From positions 1-54,388 of the IMG/VR virus record IMGVR_UViG_3300007352_000003: a stretch of DNA of 54,388 nt, one strand, 5' to 3'. The position numbers and the translations under genes are program-made. The notes below the pieces were generated by a model that searched no databases, was not told the origin of the DNA, and saw nothing but the letters and a program-made list of their open reading frames with translations. This document shows, one piece after another, positions 16,494 to 24,973 of the stretch. Source of the stretch: a virus. How positions within the stretch are numbered: the stretch's first letter is position 1; each line of letters opens with the position of its first letter.

Positions 16494-17006
16494 ATGCACC
16501 TGACTCAAACCGCCGGCCTCGTCGTCTCGCCCTTCACTGTCGTCATCGACACTCGCGAGCAAGCTCCTTTTGACTTCTCAGAAGTGCCTGCCCGCGAGTC
16601 CGACGGCGGCGGTTACGTAGTCGTGCGTTGTGTCCGGCGAGGCTTGCCCACCGGCGACTACTCGATCGAGGGTTTTGAAAGCCGCGTGGCCGTTGAAAGA
16701 AAGAGCCTGGCCGATTTGTACGGTACACTCGGCCGCGGCCGGGAGCGGTTCGCGCGCGAGTTCGACCGGCTCGCGGAACTGGAGTTCGCGGCCGTTGTGG
16801 TGGAGGGAGGCTGGCAGCACGTGGTTGACCCCGAGGGTAACGATCCGCTCTGGTATTCGCGGCTCGAGCCACGGAGTGTGTGGGGCACGGTGTTTGCGTG
16901 GAGCCAGAGGGTGCCCCACGTCCACTGGTACATGATGGGGAGTAGGTGGTTGGCGGAGTTTGCCACCTACGAAATCTTGGAGCGATTCTGGAGGGAACGG
17001 GTATGA
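16494..17006 (+). CDS. ERCC4/XPF-type nuclease (structure-specific endonuclease/resolvase candidate)
   Basis: VVIDTREQ ... GDYSI ... VAVERKSLADL matches the ERCC4 GDx(n)ERK signature. Confidence 0.75.
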   Translation: MHLTQTAGLVVSPFTVVIDTREQAPFDFSEVPARESDGGGYVVVRCVRRGLPTGDYSIEGFESRVAVERKSLADLYGTLGRGRERFAREFDRLAELEFAAVVVEGGWQHVVDPEGNDPLWYSRLEPRSVWGTVFAWSQRVPHVHWYMMGSRWLAEFATYEILERFWRERV

Positions 17007-17626
17007 AAAACGAAACGTGCGACCCCAAGTACATCGCGAAGGCGTGGGAGAAGCGGTGTGGTACAACTGTTCTGTCGTATAACTATCGGATTGGTTTTGA
17101 GGATGCCGCCGAGTGGCTCCGCCAGTGGGTGCCGTTCACAGAAGACGGGCACCCGCTGGCGTGCTGTGAGGGGCCGGTGTGGCTAGGGGAAGATGGTACA
17201 GTTCACGAAATTACCAGGGAGTGGTACAAAGTCAACAGGGAAGCCCGGGTGTGGCTGCGCCATGGCCTATTCTGGGTGAACGCGAGGGGCCACCTCTGGT
17301 CGAGCCGTGAAGCTGCCGAGAAACACCTTGCGGAGCAGGCACAAGCGGAGGCAAAGGCCGATCCCTCGCCTTCCGACGCCGACGGCGTGAGTGCTTTGTT
17401 GCAACGGGCACTGAATGAGCACACCGCAACTCTATCGGACTTATCGGACGAGTACGAAACCCTGAAACGCAAAAATAAGCGGCTGAGGGGTTTGGTGAAC
17501 ATCCTCTGCGATTCACTTGCAGACTACAGAGTCGGCCCGCGGATCGTCGAGGCGGCTGTTAACGCCGGTGTGCCGCTGCACCGGCTGGAGGATGAGCTAG
17601 ACCGAAGGGAGAACGAAAGACGATGA
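17003..17626 (+). CDS. hypothetical protein with C-terminal coiled coil
   Basis: ATGA overlap with the nuclease stop. Ends in EDELDRRENERR. Confidence 0.5.
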   Translation: MKNETCDPKYIAKAWEKRCGTTVLSYNYRIGFEDAAEWLRQWVPFTEDGHPLACCEGPVWLGEDGTVHEITREWYKVNREARVWLRHGLFWVNARGHLWSSREAAEKHLAEQAQAEAKADPSPSDADGVSALLQRALNEHTATLSDLSDEYETLKRKNKRLRGLVNILCDSLADYRVGPRIVEAAVNAGVPLHRLEDELDRRENERR

Positions 17627-18003
17627 CTTTCGATATGCCCCCTGATTTACCGCCCGACCGGGATGAATACGAGCGGTGGGAACGAGAACAGGACGTGGAT
17701 GACCTCACCGATGCCATCATCGAAGACACCGTGCATTGCGATTTGTGCGGGGCTTCGTGGGTGCTGGGCGGCTCCGGAGATGGACTCATCGTACAATCAC
17801 CAATCGCGGATCTTCAGCGGTTCATTGGCTTGGCTCAAATCAAGCTGTGCTATGAATGTGTCTTGCATATTTGTCGGTGTGCGGACCAATGGCTCCGCGA
17901 GGAAGATGAGTGTGAGCATGGCGTGTTTATCGGCGATTGGTGCGAACCATGTAATCGGGCGTACAAAGATGCCCGGCGGGAAAACGAGGAGAACGGGAGC
18001 TAA
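17623..18003 (+). CDS. Cys-rich hypothetical protein
   Basis: ATGA overlap. CDLCG ... CYEC ... CRC ... CEPC clusters. Confidence 0.5.
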   Translation: MTFDMPPDLPPDRDEYERWEREQDVDDLTDAIIEDTVHCDLCGASWVLGGSGDGLIVQSPIADLQRFIGLAQIKLCYECVLHICRCADQWLREEDECEHGVFIGDWCEPCNRAYKDARRENEENGS

Positions 18004-18005
18004 AT

Positions 18006-18236
18006 ATGGACGTTGCGGAGTGTGGATGCCCAACGGATGCAGAGTTTGTCTACCATCGCTGGCCGTGTCCGAGATGCACACGAAGGCGGGGTTGGCGAAT
18101 CGCCCTGGAATTCAAAGTGCAATACCTTTGGGTTGGCATGTTTTGGAAACGAATGGGCAACTGTGTGGATTTGTGGGTGTGTGCCTGCCCGATGTTTCCG
18201 ATTCACGTATCCTGGTGGTGGAGTTATGAAGCCTGA
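18006..18236 (+). CDS. Cys/Trp-rich hypothetical protein
   Basis: Starts 2 nt after the previous stop. CGCP...CPRC. Fits the tight gene packing. Confidence 0.4.
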   Translation: MDVAECGCPTDAEFVYHRWPCPRCTRRRGWRIALEFKVQYLWVGMFWKRMGNCVDLWVCACPMFPIHVSWWWSYEA

Positions 18237-18618
18237 AAAACTAACTCGCGAAGACATCCTTCTCCCCGTGCTTGCAGCCTGGGCGCACGAGGAAATCAGT
18301 ATAGGCCGAGCCCGGGAATTATTACACATGCCGGATGACAAGATCCGCCGGGAAGCCGAACATCGAGTATCGAACGCGGTCAAGGAGCGGGAGTATCGAG
18401 ATTTGCTGGAACACCACATCCAGGATCTAGGTATGATGATACGACGCTTACTGCGGAGACTCCCGCAATCCGATAACGATATGTCAATCATTCATCAGGC
18501 GCAGGGGTTGCTGGAGCGATGTGGCGTAGACAATCCTGGGATCTTGCGAGACGGAATGGGCGGACCGGCAGACGAGCTAGACCGAAGGGAAAATGATGAT
18601 CAGATGCCCGCGCTGTAA
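18226..18618 (+). CDS. hypothetical protein, possible HTH
   Basis: Internal ATG of track ORF 18013-18618. Contains EEISIGRARELLHMP. Ends in ADELDRREND. Confidence 0.45.
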   Translation: MKPEKLTREDILLPVLAAWAHEEISIGRARELLHMPDDKIRREAEHRVSNAVKEREYRDLLEHHIQDLGMMIRRLLRRLPQSDNDMSIIHQAQGLLERCGVDNPGILRDGMGGPADELDRRENDDQMPAL

Positions 18619-18811
18619 CTCGGCCTGCGTTTACGCGGCAGGCGCCGCGAGCGATTGCCGCTGGCTGCTCTGCACGTGGTGCGGATGCCATTGGTGGGCC
18701 GGGGAGTTTGCGTGGCCGATCGAGGAAGAATTGGACTGGAAGGAGAACGAAAGGACCAAAAATGCCAAGGCTACCTGCCGCTTTGAGGATCTGGCCCCAG
18801 GGAAGATGTGA
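18593..18811 (+). CDS. zinc-ribbon-like hypothetical protein
   Basis: CPRC ... CTWCGC. The start lies within the shared junction motif. Confidence 0.45.
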   Translation: MMIRCPRCNSACVYAAGAASDCRWLLCTWCGCHWWAGEFAWPIEEELDWKENERTKNAKATCRFEDLAPGKM

Positions 18812-18854
18812 ATCGGGTGACACCTCTGACGGCAAGCGGGGCAGCGGTTCGCGA

Positions 18855-19058
18855 GTGCCTCGTATTTTCCCAACGGCCCATGACTGGCGGGTGCTGGGCG
18901 CCGGGCTGTACGTCTATGACGGCAAGATCGACGAAGAGACGTTGATGGAGCATTTGGTATGCTTCGGCAAGTTCGTCGGCTTCGGTTCAATGCGAGTCGA
19001 GAACGGCGGCGTGAACGGCCGGTGTCTGATTGAGAATTTGACCACCGAACCGTTGTAA
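18855..19058 (+). CDS. hypothetical protein, start uncertain
   Basis: The 3-prime part of track ORF 18708-19058 looks protein-like (HDWRVLGAGLYVYDGKIDEETLMEHLVCFGKF). The GTG at 18855 is a guess. Confidence 0.3.
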   Translation: MPRIFPTAHDWRVLGAGLYVYDGKIDEETLMEHLVCFGKFVGFGSMRVENGGVNGRCLIENLTTEPL

Positions 19059-19071
19059 GACCCGACCCGCC

Positions 19072-19220
19072 GGGATGGGACTAGGTAAGAGCGGACTAGA
19101 CCAGATGGGATTCAGTAGGACATGACATGACACGACGGCACGAGACCAGAACCAACCAGAAAAGACGGGGCCGGATTAGACAAGATGAGACTTGACGCGG
19201 TGGGATTCAACAAGACACGA
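19072..19220 (+). promoter_or_regulatory. T-poor iteron-like repeat cluster upstream of primase; origin or promoter candidate
   Basis: ggactagaccagatgggatt (19093-19112) resembles ggattagacaagatgagact (19172-19191). atgggattcagtaggacatgac (19105-19126) resembles gtgggattcaacaagacacgac (19199-20). Confidence 0.5.
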
Positions 19221-19231
19221 CGAGGGAAAGC

Positions 19232-20242
19232 ATGGCTGCTACAACGTGGCAAGAGGCTACCCGGCAGATTCTCGAAGCTCTCGATTTGAAGGCCGAGTTT
19301 CAGGGTATGGGGCTCGAAACGTCCGGCGAAGTCTCGGCTTCCGGATGGCTGAGTTGCAAGCGATTCGGTAGCGGTGAACAAAACCCCAGCGCTGGGGTCA
19401 AGGTCGCCCCCGGGCAAGACGGAAAACTCGGTACCTACAAAGAATTCAGCGGCTCTGGCCACTCTTGTAGTTTCTGGGAATTCTGCTCGACGGTCGCCAA
19501 GCGGTTCGCCACGTGGCAGGACGCGCGCGAACACTACCGCAAACAAGCCAAGGTCGCGGCGCCCGGCGGTAAAGACCCGAACAGTCAACTCCACTTCCGC
19601 CCCTGGAACCGCTCTCTGATCAACACTTGGTGCCTCCACAAGCCGCCGGTCACACCGGAGGCCGTTGAGGCGGCCGGCGGGTGCTTGGCGGACTGGCCGG
19701 CGAAGTCCCGGCAACATACCGTCGTCGCCCTGCCTGTGTGGGAAAGCGGTGACCCGGAAGACACGCCCTCGGGCTGGGTTGTCTGGAACAAGTCCGGCCG
19801 CCCCCTGCCTCTCTTTCAAGGGCCCGGCAACCCGCCGCGACTGGTCAAGATGCTTTCAGTGTCCGGCAGCCGGTCGGGGTTGATGGGGCGGCATGGCTTG
19901 GCCCACCTCGCCGATGCAGAGTTGGTCTGGCTGGTCGAGGGGCCAGGCGACATGCTGGCGCTTATGTCAGCTATCCCGCCCGATCTCCGTGATCGACACG
20001 TGGTGGTCACGCACTCCGGCGGCGCGATGGAGACGCCTCGCCCGGAGTGCGTGGCCCGTTTCGCCGGCCGCCGGGTGGCCGTTGTGCCGGACGCCGACGA
20101 GCCCGGGGTGGCGGGCGCCCGGCGCTGGGCGGCGGCCCTGGCGGCCGTGGCGAGTGAGGTAAGGGTGGTGGCGCTGCCGTATGACGTGACGCCGGATCAC
20201 GGCAAGGATTTGAGGGACTGGTTTACGGAGGTTTCAAAGTGA
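19232..20242 (+). CDS. DNA primase, Toprim domain
   Basis: Toprim motifs LVWLVEGPGDMLAL (E-G-x-x-D) and VAVVPDADEPGVAG (DxDxxG). Confidence 0.75.
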   Translation: MAATTWQEATRQILEALDLKAEFQGMGLETSGEVSASGWLSCKRFGSGEQNPSAGVKVAPGQDGKLGTYKEFSGSGHSCSFWEFCSTVAKRFATWQDAREHYRKQAKVAAPGGKDPNSQLHFRPWNRSLINTWCLHKPPVTPEAVEAAGGCLADWPAKSRQHTVVALPVWESGDPEDTPSGWVVWNKSGRPLPLFQGPGNPPRLVKMLSVSGSRSGLMGRHGLAHLADAELVWLVEGPGDMLALMSAIPPDLRDRHVVVTHSGGAMETPRPECVARFAGRRVAVVPDADEPGVAGARRWAAALAAVASEVRVVALPYDVTPDHGKDLRDWFTEVSK

Positions 20243-20613
20243 GCACGAGAACTGACGCTATTTCAATCAAAGCAGTGCGTCGTCACTGCGTGGAATGTTC
20301 AGGAGGGGCGCCACGCTATGTGATGTGGTGTCCCTGCGACGGGCGTAATTCAACGAACTGCGAGATGTGGGCCTCGCGATTTGGTGTTCGGCCCGAAACC
20401 TTCATCGCCCGAAACGGGCCCTACCTACTCACTCCGGAGATCATGCCGGGGGCCGATGTGGACCTGGAATCCCTACTGTCGACGCTGGCGGGGGCCTGTG
20501 AGTGGTTGAGGGAACGGCACCCCGAAATAGAGTGGGATGGCCCAAGGGAAAGGACCCCCGAGGAGATTGAACGGGGCAAGGCGATGGCAGAGCGACTGAG
20601 AGGGGGGCGATAA
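20239..20613 (+). CDS. Cys-rich small protein common next to phage replication genes
   Basis: IKAVRRHCVECSGGAPRYVMWCPCDG..CEMWASRFG. GTGA overlap, GGAGG RBS. Confidence 0.5.
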   Translation: MSTRTDAISIKAVRRHCVECSGGAPRYVMWCPCDGRNSTNCEMWASRFGVRPETFIARNGPYLLTPEIMPGADVDLESLLSTLAGACEWLRERHPEIEWDGPRERTPEEIERGKAMAERLRGGR

Positions 20614-20685
20614 GGCTTCTGGATGCCCACCGGCTGAATCTCACACAGCCTGGCGTGGGCTGCGCAGCCCTGGAGGGCGAAAAAG

Positions 20686-22509
20686 GTGTTCTGGGTCGGG
20701 TTGCGGGCTTTCAGACGAGAAATCATGCAGGGAAGTGCGATGAACGACTACCATGCTTTGCTGAAACTCTTCGACGCCGCTGAAATCATCCCGCCCCCCT
20801 CAGCGGCCCCAGGATCAGCCCCTGAGGCCAAACCGGACGTCGACCTGGACCGGGCTATCTGCGAGGCTGTGGGTTTGGACGTGCTGGGGGAGACGGGCGC
20901 GGAGAGGGCGATTCGGGTATTCGCGACTCATTGTCGGAAGGATGCCATCATCAAAGATGTTGGTCGCCTGCGGCTGCCTAATCTGATTCAGATTGCCGGG
21001 TTGCCCGCCGCTCAAAAAGTCTACTTGCCGACTGGTGGGGCGGCGGGGGCGCCGGGCATGTACCCTCTTCCCCAGGTCCAACGAGCGATTGCCATGGTGG
21101 CGAGCCAAACGCGCATTCCAACAGCGGCATGGCGAGGTCGCGGCTGTTGGCCGGGAAATTCGGGCGAGACGATCCTGGTTGGGGCCGGTGAAGCTGCTGT
21201 TTGGGATGGAAAATCGCTCCACAAAGTCGAAAGGCCCCGCGCTGCTGGACAGTTCCTGGACCTCTCAAGCTCTGAGCAGTGGTATGACTTCGATCGTCTC
21301 CAGACCTATCTCCACGAAATGACGCCTGACTGGGCGCAATTGCAGGTCGAGACGATGAATGAAATCTGGTCGCGATGGCGGTGGCGCGAAACCCACGCTG
21401 AGGATTTTCAATACAGCCCCTATCTGATTACGGGGCTTGCTTTGGCGACCTGGATACAAACCGCATGGACGTGGCGGCCGATGGTTGTTGTTCGAGGAGA
21501 GACGAGCACGGGCAAGTCTCGCCTTTTTGAGACACTGGCGGCTTCTTACGGCAACTTAGCTTTGCTTTCCTCGAAATCGTCGGAAGCGGGACTCCGGCAG
21601 GCAGTGGGCAACAAAGCCGTTGCCATTCTGGTGGACGAGTTTGAAAACGATATCCACCGGCGCAAGATCTTGGAGTTGCTCCGGACCTCTGGTTGCGGCA
21701 GTCGCCAATTGCGAGGTACGGTCGATCAAGAAGGCCGCGAAACGGCACTACGGCACATTAGTTGGGTAGCGGCGATCGAAGTGGGCCTCGACCGGGCTCC
21801 CGACCGAAACCGCTTTTTGACTTTTGAGCTTATCCCTCCCCCGCAGGAGCTGAAAGGTAAGCTTAATCAACCTCATCCGTGGGACATGCAGGAGTTGGGT
21901 CAACGACTCTTGGCTGTTGCGGTCTATTATCAGCGACAGGCATTGGACCTTCATGAAGTCCTGAAGCGAGAAACCATTGATGGTTTTGAAAATCGCATCG
22001 TGGAGAGCTTCGCCGTGCCGGTGAGTTTACTGGCATGTGTAACGCCCAAGCATGAGCCCGCCGCTCTTCTACGGTTGCTACTGGAGGCATCGGAGCCTGA
22101 TCCAACGGCAGGGGAGACCGATCAAGCCGACATATTCGGTGAGATACTGGCATCGGCCGTTCGCGTCGAACGGGGTGAAGAGCGGTCGGTCGCTCAGATA
22201 CTGACCAGTTCAAACCCCGACTACGAGGCTGATATGGAGCGCTACGGCATTGCCTTAGTCAATCAGCGTCGGGGTCCCCGGTCGCATGAGGGTTTCTTTC
22301 CGCGGGACGTGTTTATCGAGCCGAAACTTGTACGTCGCAGGTTGCTGAAAGATACGCTGTGGTCTGAACAATCCATCGACCAACACATCAAGCGGCTGCC
22401 GGGGGCTGTTTTGCGGCGGTGTATGATCGCCGGAAAACGCGTGTGGGGCTACTGCTTGGACTGGGAGTTTGTGGAGAAAGAGTTCCTGGGAACCAAAGAT
22501 GGATTCTGA
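20686..22509 (+). CDS. SF3-type P-loop NTPase, candidate replicative helicase (D5/P4-like C-terminal region)
   Basis: Walker A VVVRGETSTGKSRLF and Walker B AVAILVDEFEND, downstream of the primase. The start is uncertain (GTG 20686, ATG 20725 or 20740). Confidence 0.6.
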   Translation: MFWVGLRAFRREIMQGSAMNDYHALLKLFDAAEIIPPPSAAPGSAPEAKPDVDLDRAICEAVGLDVLGETGAERAIRVFATHCRKDAIIKDVGRLRLPNLIQIAGLPAAQKVYLPTGGAAGAPGMYPLPQVQRAIAMVASQTRIPTAAWRGRGCWPGNSGETILVGAGEAAVWDGKSLHKVERPRAAGQFLDLSSSEQWYDFDRLQTYLHEMTPDWAQLQVETMNEIWSRWRWRETHAEDFQYSPYLITGLALATWIQTAWTWRPMVVVRGETSTGKSRLFETLAASYGNLALLSSKSSEAGLRQAVGNKAVAILVDEFENDIHRRKILELLRTSGCGSRQLRGTVDQEGRETALRHISWVAAIEVGLDRAPDRNRFLTFELIPPPQELKGKLNQPHPWDMQELGQRLLAVAVYYQRQALDLHEVLKRETIDGFENRIVESFAVPVSLLACVTPKHEPAALLRLLLEASEPDPTAGETDQADIFGEILASAVRVERGEERSVAQILTSSNPDYEADMERYGIALVNQRRGPRSHEGFFPRDVFIEPKLVRRRLLKDTLWSEQSIDQHIKRLPGAVLRRCMIAGKRVWGYCLDWEFVEKEFLGTKDGF

Positions 22510-22826
22510 ATGGCCGCTTAATTTGGCCAAAACACGCTTAGACAGTAGGAAAATACATGGAAAACGTAAATCCTTACACTACATAACCTTACCCCCTATT
22601 TTCCTTTTTTCCCTTTTGGAGAGAAATAATAAGTTGTAGAGAGAATAAAAGAAAGAGTAAGAGGGGGTACCACAAGGGGGGTGTAGTGAAGGGAGAGAAC
22701 AACATAGGGCTCTGTGCGCAGAGTGGCAGACAAATAAGCTAACGCATCTAAGTCGTTGCAGGATATAGACTTATATTTGGTGGCTAGTTCCTATTTGGCC
22801 AAACATGGACACTGGAGGTGTGTAAA
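22510..22826. promoter_or_regulatory. AT-rich non-coding island bounded by two TTTGGCCAAA palindromes
   Basis: ATTTGGCCAAA occurs at 22521-22531 and 22793-22803. A pyrimidine tract (22587-22617) is followed by purine tracts (22618-22633, 22638-22667). No ORF is present. Confidence 0.55.
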
Positions 22827-23024
22827 ATGGAAAAGTTAGAAGAGTTGGGTGATTTGAGGGACCACTTTGCTGGTCTGGCAATGCTCGGCATCCTCAATAA
22901 CGTAGCGACCCAAGAGTTGGGGAATCTTGCTTCTCGTGGTTTTGCTCAGCTGGCCTATGATTTCGCTGATGACATGCTTCGGCAGAGGGCCTTCCCTCCA
23001 AAACAGGTAAACGCCGATGCCTAG
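22827..23024 (+). CDS. hypothetical small protein
   Basis: The ATG has GGAGG 10 nt upstream. LRDHFAGLAMLGIL...AYDFADDMLRQR resembles a widespread small prophage protein pattern. GC content is lower than in the flanks. Confidence 0.5.
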   Translation: MEKLEELGDLRDHFAGLAMLGILNNVATQELGNLASRGFAQLAYDFADDMLRQRAFPPKQVNADA

Positions 23025-23538
23025 TCTCTCCGACCTCGCCTCGATTCCCCGCCTCCTAACCCAAGCGGAACTCCAATCCCTGCTCGGCCAGCCGCACCCT
23101 CCATGCCCCGTTTGCGGGTGTGCGGCGTTCTCGATCTCCGCCCGCGGCGAGTGGATTTGCTGGGGCTGTGACTGGGACCGCGCCCACGCCGACCGTGGCA
23201 TTGCCCTGCGCGTCCGCATCCTCTCCCATGGCGGCCAACCGATCGCGGTCGACGAGGACGGTCTGGCCCATCAAAGGCGCCGCCGCGAAGCGGCCCACGC
23301 CCTCGGCGTGATCCTGATCGAAATCGAGGGGGTGCAAGAGTGGATGCTCTGGGAGGCGGGCGGGTGGTGTTACGCCGCCTGCACATTCGATCTGCCGGCC
23401 GAGACGTTGGCCGTCTGGGTCCGCCGGACCCAACACCCGACTTTCAATCCGGACCGGGAAGAGTTTTGGCGGGGGACTCCGATCCCTGATTCTCACGACG
23501 GTGCTTTTGCGGCCTGGTGGCCGAGAGAGGAAGATTGA
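23017..23538 (+). CDS. Cys-cluster hypothetical protein
   Basis: CPVCGC ... CWGC. Overlaps the neighbouring genes by a few nt. Confidence 0.5.
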   Translation: MPSLSDLASIPRLLTQAELQSLLGQPHPPCPVCGCAAFSISARGEWICWGCDWDRAHADRGIALRVRILSHGGQPIAVDEDGLAHQRRRREAAHALGVILIEIEGVQEWMLWEAGGWCYAACTFDLPAETLAVWVRRTQHPTFNPDREEFWRGTPIPDSHDGAFAAWWPREED

Positions 23539-23540
23539 CA

Positions 23541-23918
23541 ATGAACGTGAAACGTTACTATTCGATGGTGGCCTTTTCTCCAGGCGAAGGGATATATGAG
23601 CATCCCGAAGGCGGCTACGTGAAGTGGGAGGACTATCAAGCCCTGCTCGATCAGTGTCAACCCATCACGCCCCCCCGCCCCGAGTTCGTCGAACTGCACT
23701 GGCCGGAGCCTATGTGGGTGCGAGCCAGCGAAATCGTCTTCGTTGAGGCGGCAACGGAAGGAAATGGACCCGAAATTCGAGGCTGTCACAGTATCGTCAC
23801 GATGAAAAGCGGGGAAGATAGATACTTCACGGAATCGCCCGCCGAGGTGTTCGCCAAAATGGGCGTGGCGATCCCGCCGCCTACTCCGGCCGCTTCGCAA
23901 TCGCCTCGATCAGGCTGA
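23541..23918 (+). CDS. hypothetical protein
   Basis: Internal ATG of track ORF 23517-23918. The 3-prime end overlaps the convergent recombinase gene by 38 nt. Confidence 0.45.
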   Translation: MNVKRYYSMVAFSPGEGIYEHPEGGYVKWEDYQALLDQCQPITPPRPEFVELHWPEPMWVRASEIVFVEAATEGNGPEIRGCHSIVTMKSGEDRYFTESPAEVFAKMGVAIPPPTPAASQSPRSG

Positions 23919-24603
23919 CGCCCTTCGGGTGCCACTTCTTCCCATTCCGCCGCAACTTGCCCTCCGCGTCCAATGTGTGCGCAATCCCGATGTACGTTGC
24001 CCCCCCCGCCCGTAACCGCCGAATCTGCTTGACGATTTCCTGCTCTGCCGGGTTCACCACAAGAAGGCTCGGCAGCCCGCCCCGCTTCGTCGGGGCGGAG
24101 TCCGGATCGACCATCATGCCGTAGGGCACGTGCGTAACCGGGGTCTGCCGGCGGCCGTTCGCCTGCTGTGTTACCATCGCCTCGCGCGTGCGGTCGGAAT
24201 TCCGGCGGCGCTCGAATTCAGCCAAGAGTCCCAGAAGCTTGAAGAACATGTCGCCGTGCGCAGTGCTGGTGTCTATGTTCTCGGTCACGCTGGCCAAGTC
24301 GACCTTGTGCCGTTGAAGCTTCTCGCTCAACTCGATCAGGTCATGAAGATTGCGCGCGAGCCGGTCGATCCGGTACACCAGCAGAATCCCGCCGGTCCGG
24401 CAGGCGAATTTGATCGCGTCGGCCAGCCCCGGCCGGTTCTTGTCGTCCTTCCCGCTTACGTATTCGTCCATGAATGGCTCGTGGGCCAGTTGATATCCGA
24501 ACGCGTTGACCCAAGCCAGACAGCGGGTGCGTTGGACCACAATGGACTGATCTTCCTCGCGGCCGGTCGGCGAAACGCGAAGGTACAAGCTGACTGGTTT
24601 CAT
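23881..24603 (-). CDS. serine recombinase (resolvase/invertase catalytic domain plus short recombinase-type extension)
   Basis: LYLRVSPTG (catalytic Ser), YVSGKD, LLVYRIDRLARN, ENIDTSTAHGDMFFKLLGLLAEFERR. Confidence 0.9.
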   Translation of the reverse strand: MKPVSLYLRVSPTGREEDQSIVVQRTRCLAWVNAFGYQLAHEPFMDEYVSGKDDKNRPGLADAIKFACRTGGILLVYRIDRLARNLHDLIELSEKLQRHKVDLASVTENIDTSTAHGDMFFKLLGLLAEFERRRNSDRTREAMVTQQANGRRQTPVTHVPYGMMVDPDSAPTKRGGLPSLLVVNPAEQEIVKQIRRLRAGGATYIGIAHTLDAEGKLRRNGKKWHPKGVSLIEAIAKRPE

Positions 24604-24672
24604 GTTTTCTCCATGTGTGTAAGTGCTCCATCTCTTCCCCGCCCCCCGATGTCGTGGCCATTCGACCGAAAA

Positions 24673-24701
24673 CCGTAGGACGAAATCCTACGGCGTAGGA
24701 T
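24673..24701. repeat. triple half-site CCGTAGGA / TCCTACGG / CGTAGGAT forming two overlapping palindromes upstream of the recombinase
   Basis: ccgtagga-cgaaa-tcctacgg-cgtaggat, read directly. It lies 70-100 nt upstream of the recombinase ATG. Confidence 0.8.
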
Positions 24702-24742
24702 TGAATCTTGCGCATGTGCCGCTCGCGCGGCAGGGTGGGGGG

Positions 24743-24902
24743 GCGGGGTGGGGTTAGTTGGCTCCTCAAAGGCCCGGAACCCGGTCGCCACAAGAAACTG
24801 CGGCGCCGGGTGTGGGGACGTTGTGGCGGGTTGTGGGTCTCCTGCACGGGCCACCGCCTCAGTCCGGGTAGACCAGGCGGGGGCCGGGGCAGGGTGGGGT
24901 TA
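24743..24902 (-). repeat. two core copies of the TAACCCCACCC motif (+ strand GGGTGGGGTTA) in the recombinase leader, within G-tract runs
   Basis: gcggggtggggtta at 24743-24756 and cagggtggggtta at 24890-24902. The + strand runs cagggtgggggggcggggtgggg and ggcgggggccggggcagggtgggg have at least 4 G-tracts. Confidence 0.8.
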
Positions 24903-24973
24903 CATCGGCTGGCAAGACGGAAACGCCGCGCTGAGTATTTCGCGGATCATCCGTTCGCCGGTAAAGTGGGGAT

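Noticed and set aside
23881-24603. The serine recombinase as a Hin/Gin-type invertase that flips tail-fibre genes.
   Set aside because: It is 15 kb from the fibre genes. I saw no inverted copies of the CGTAGGA site flanking any fibre segment, and the fibre genes show no alternative inverted C-termini.
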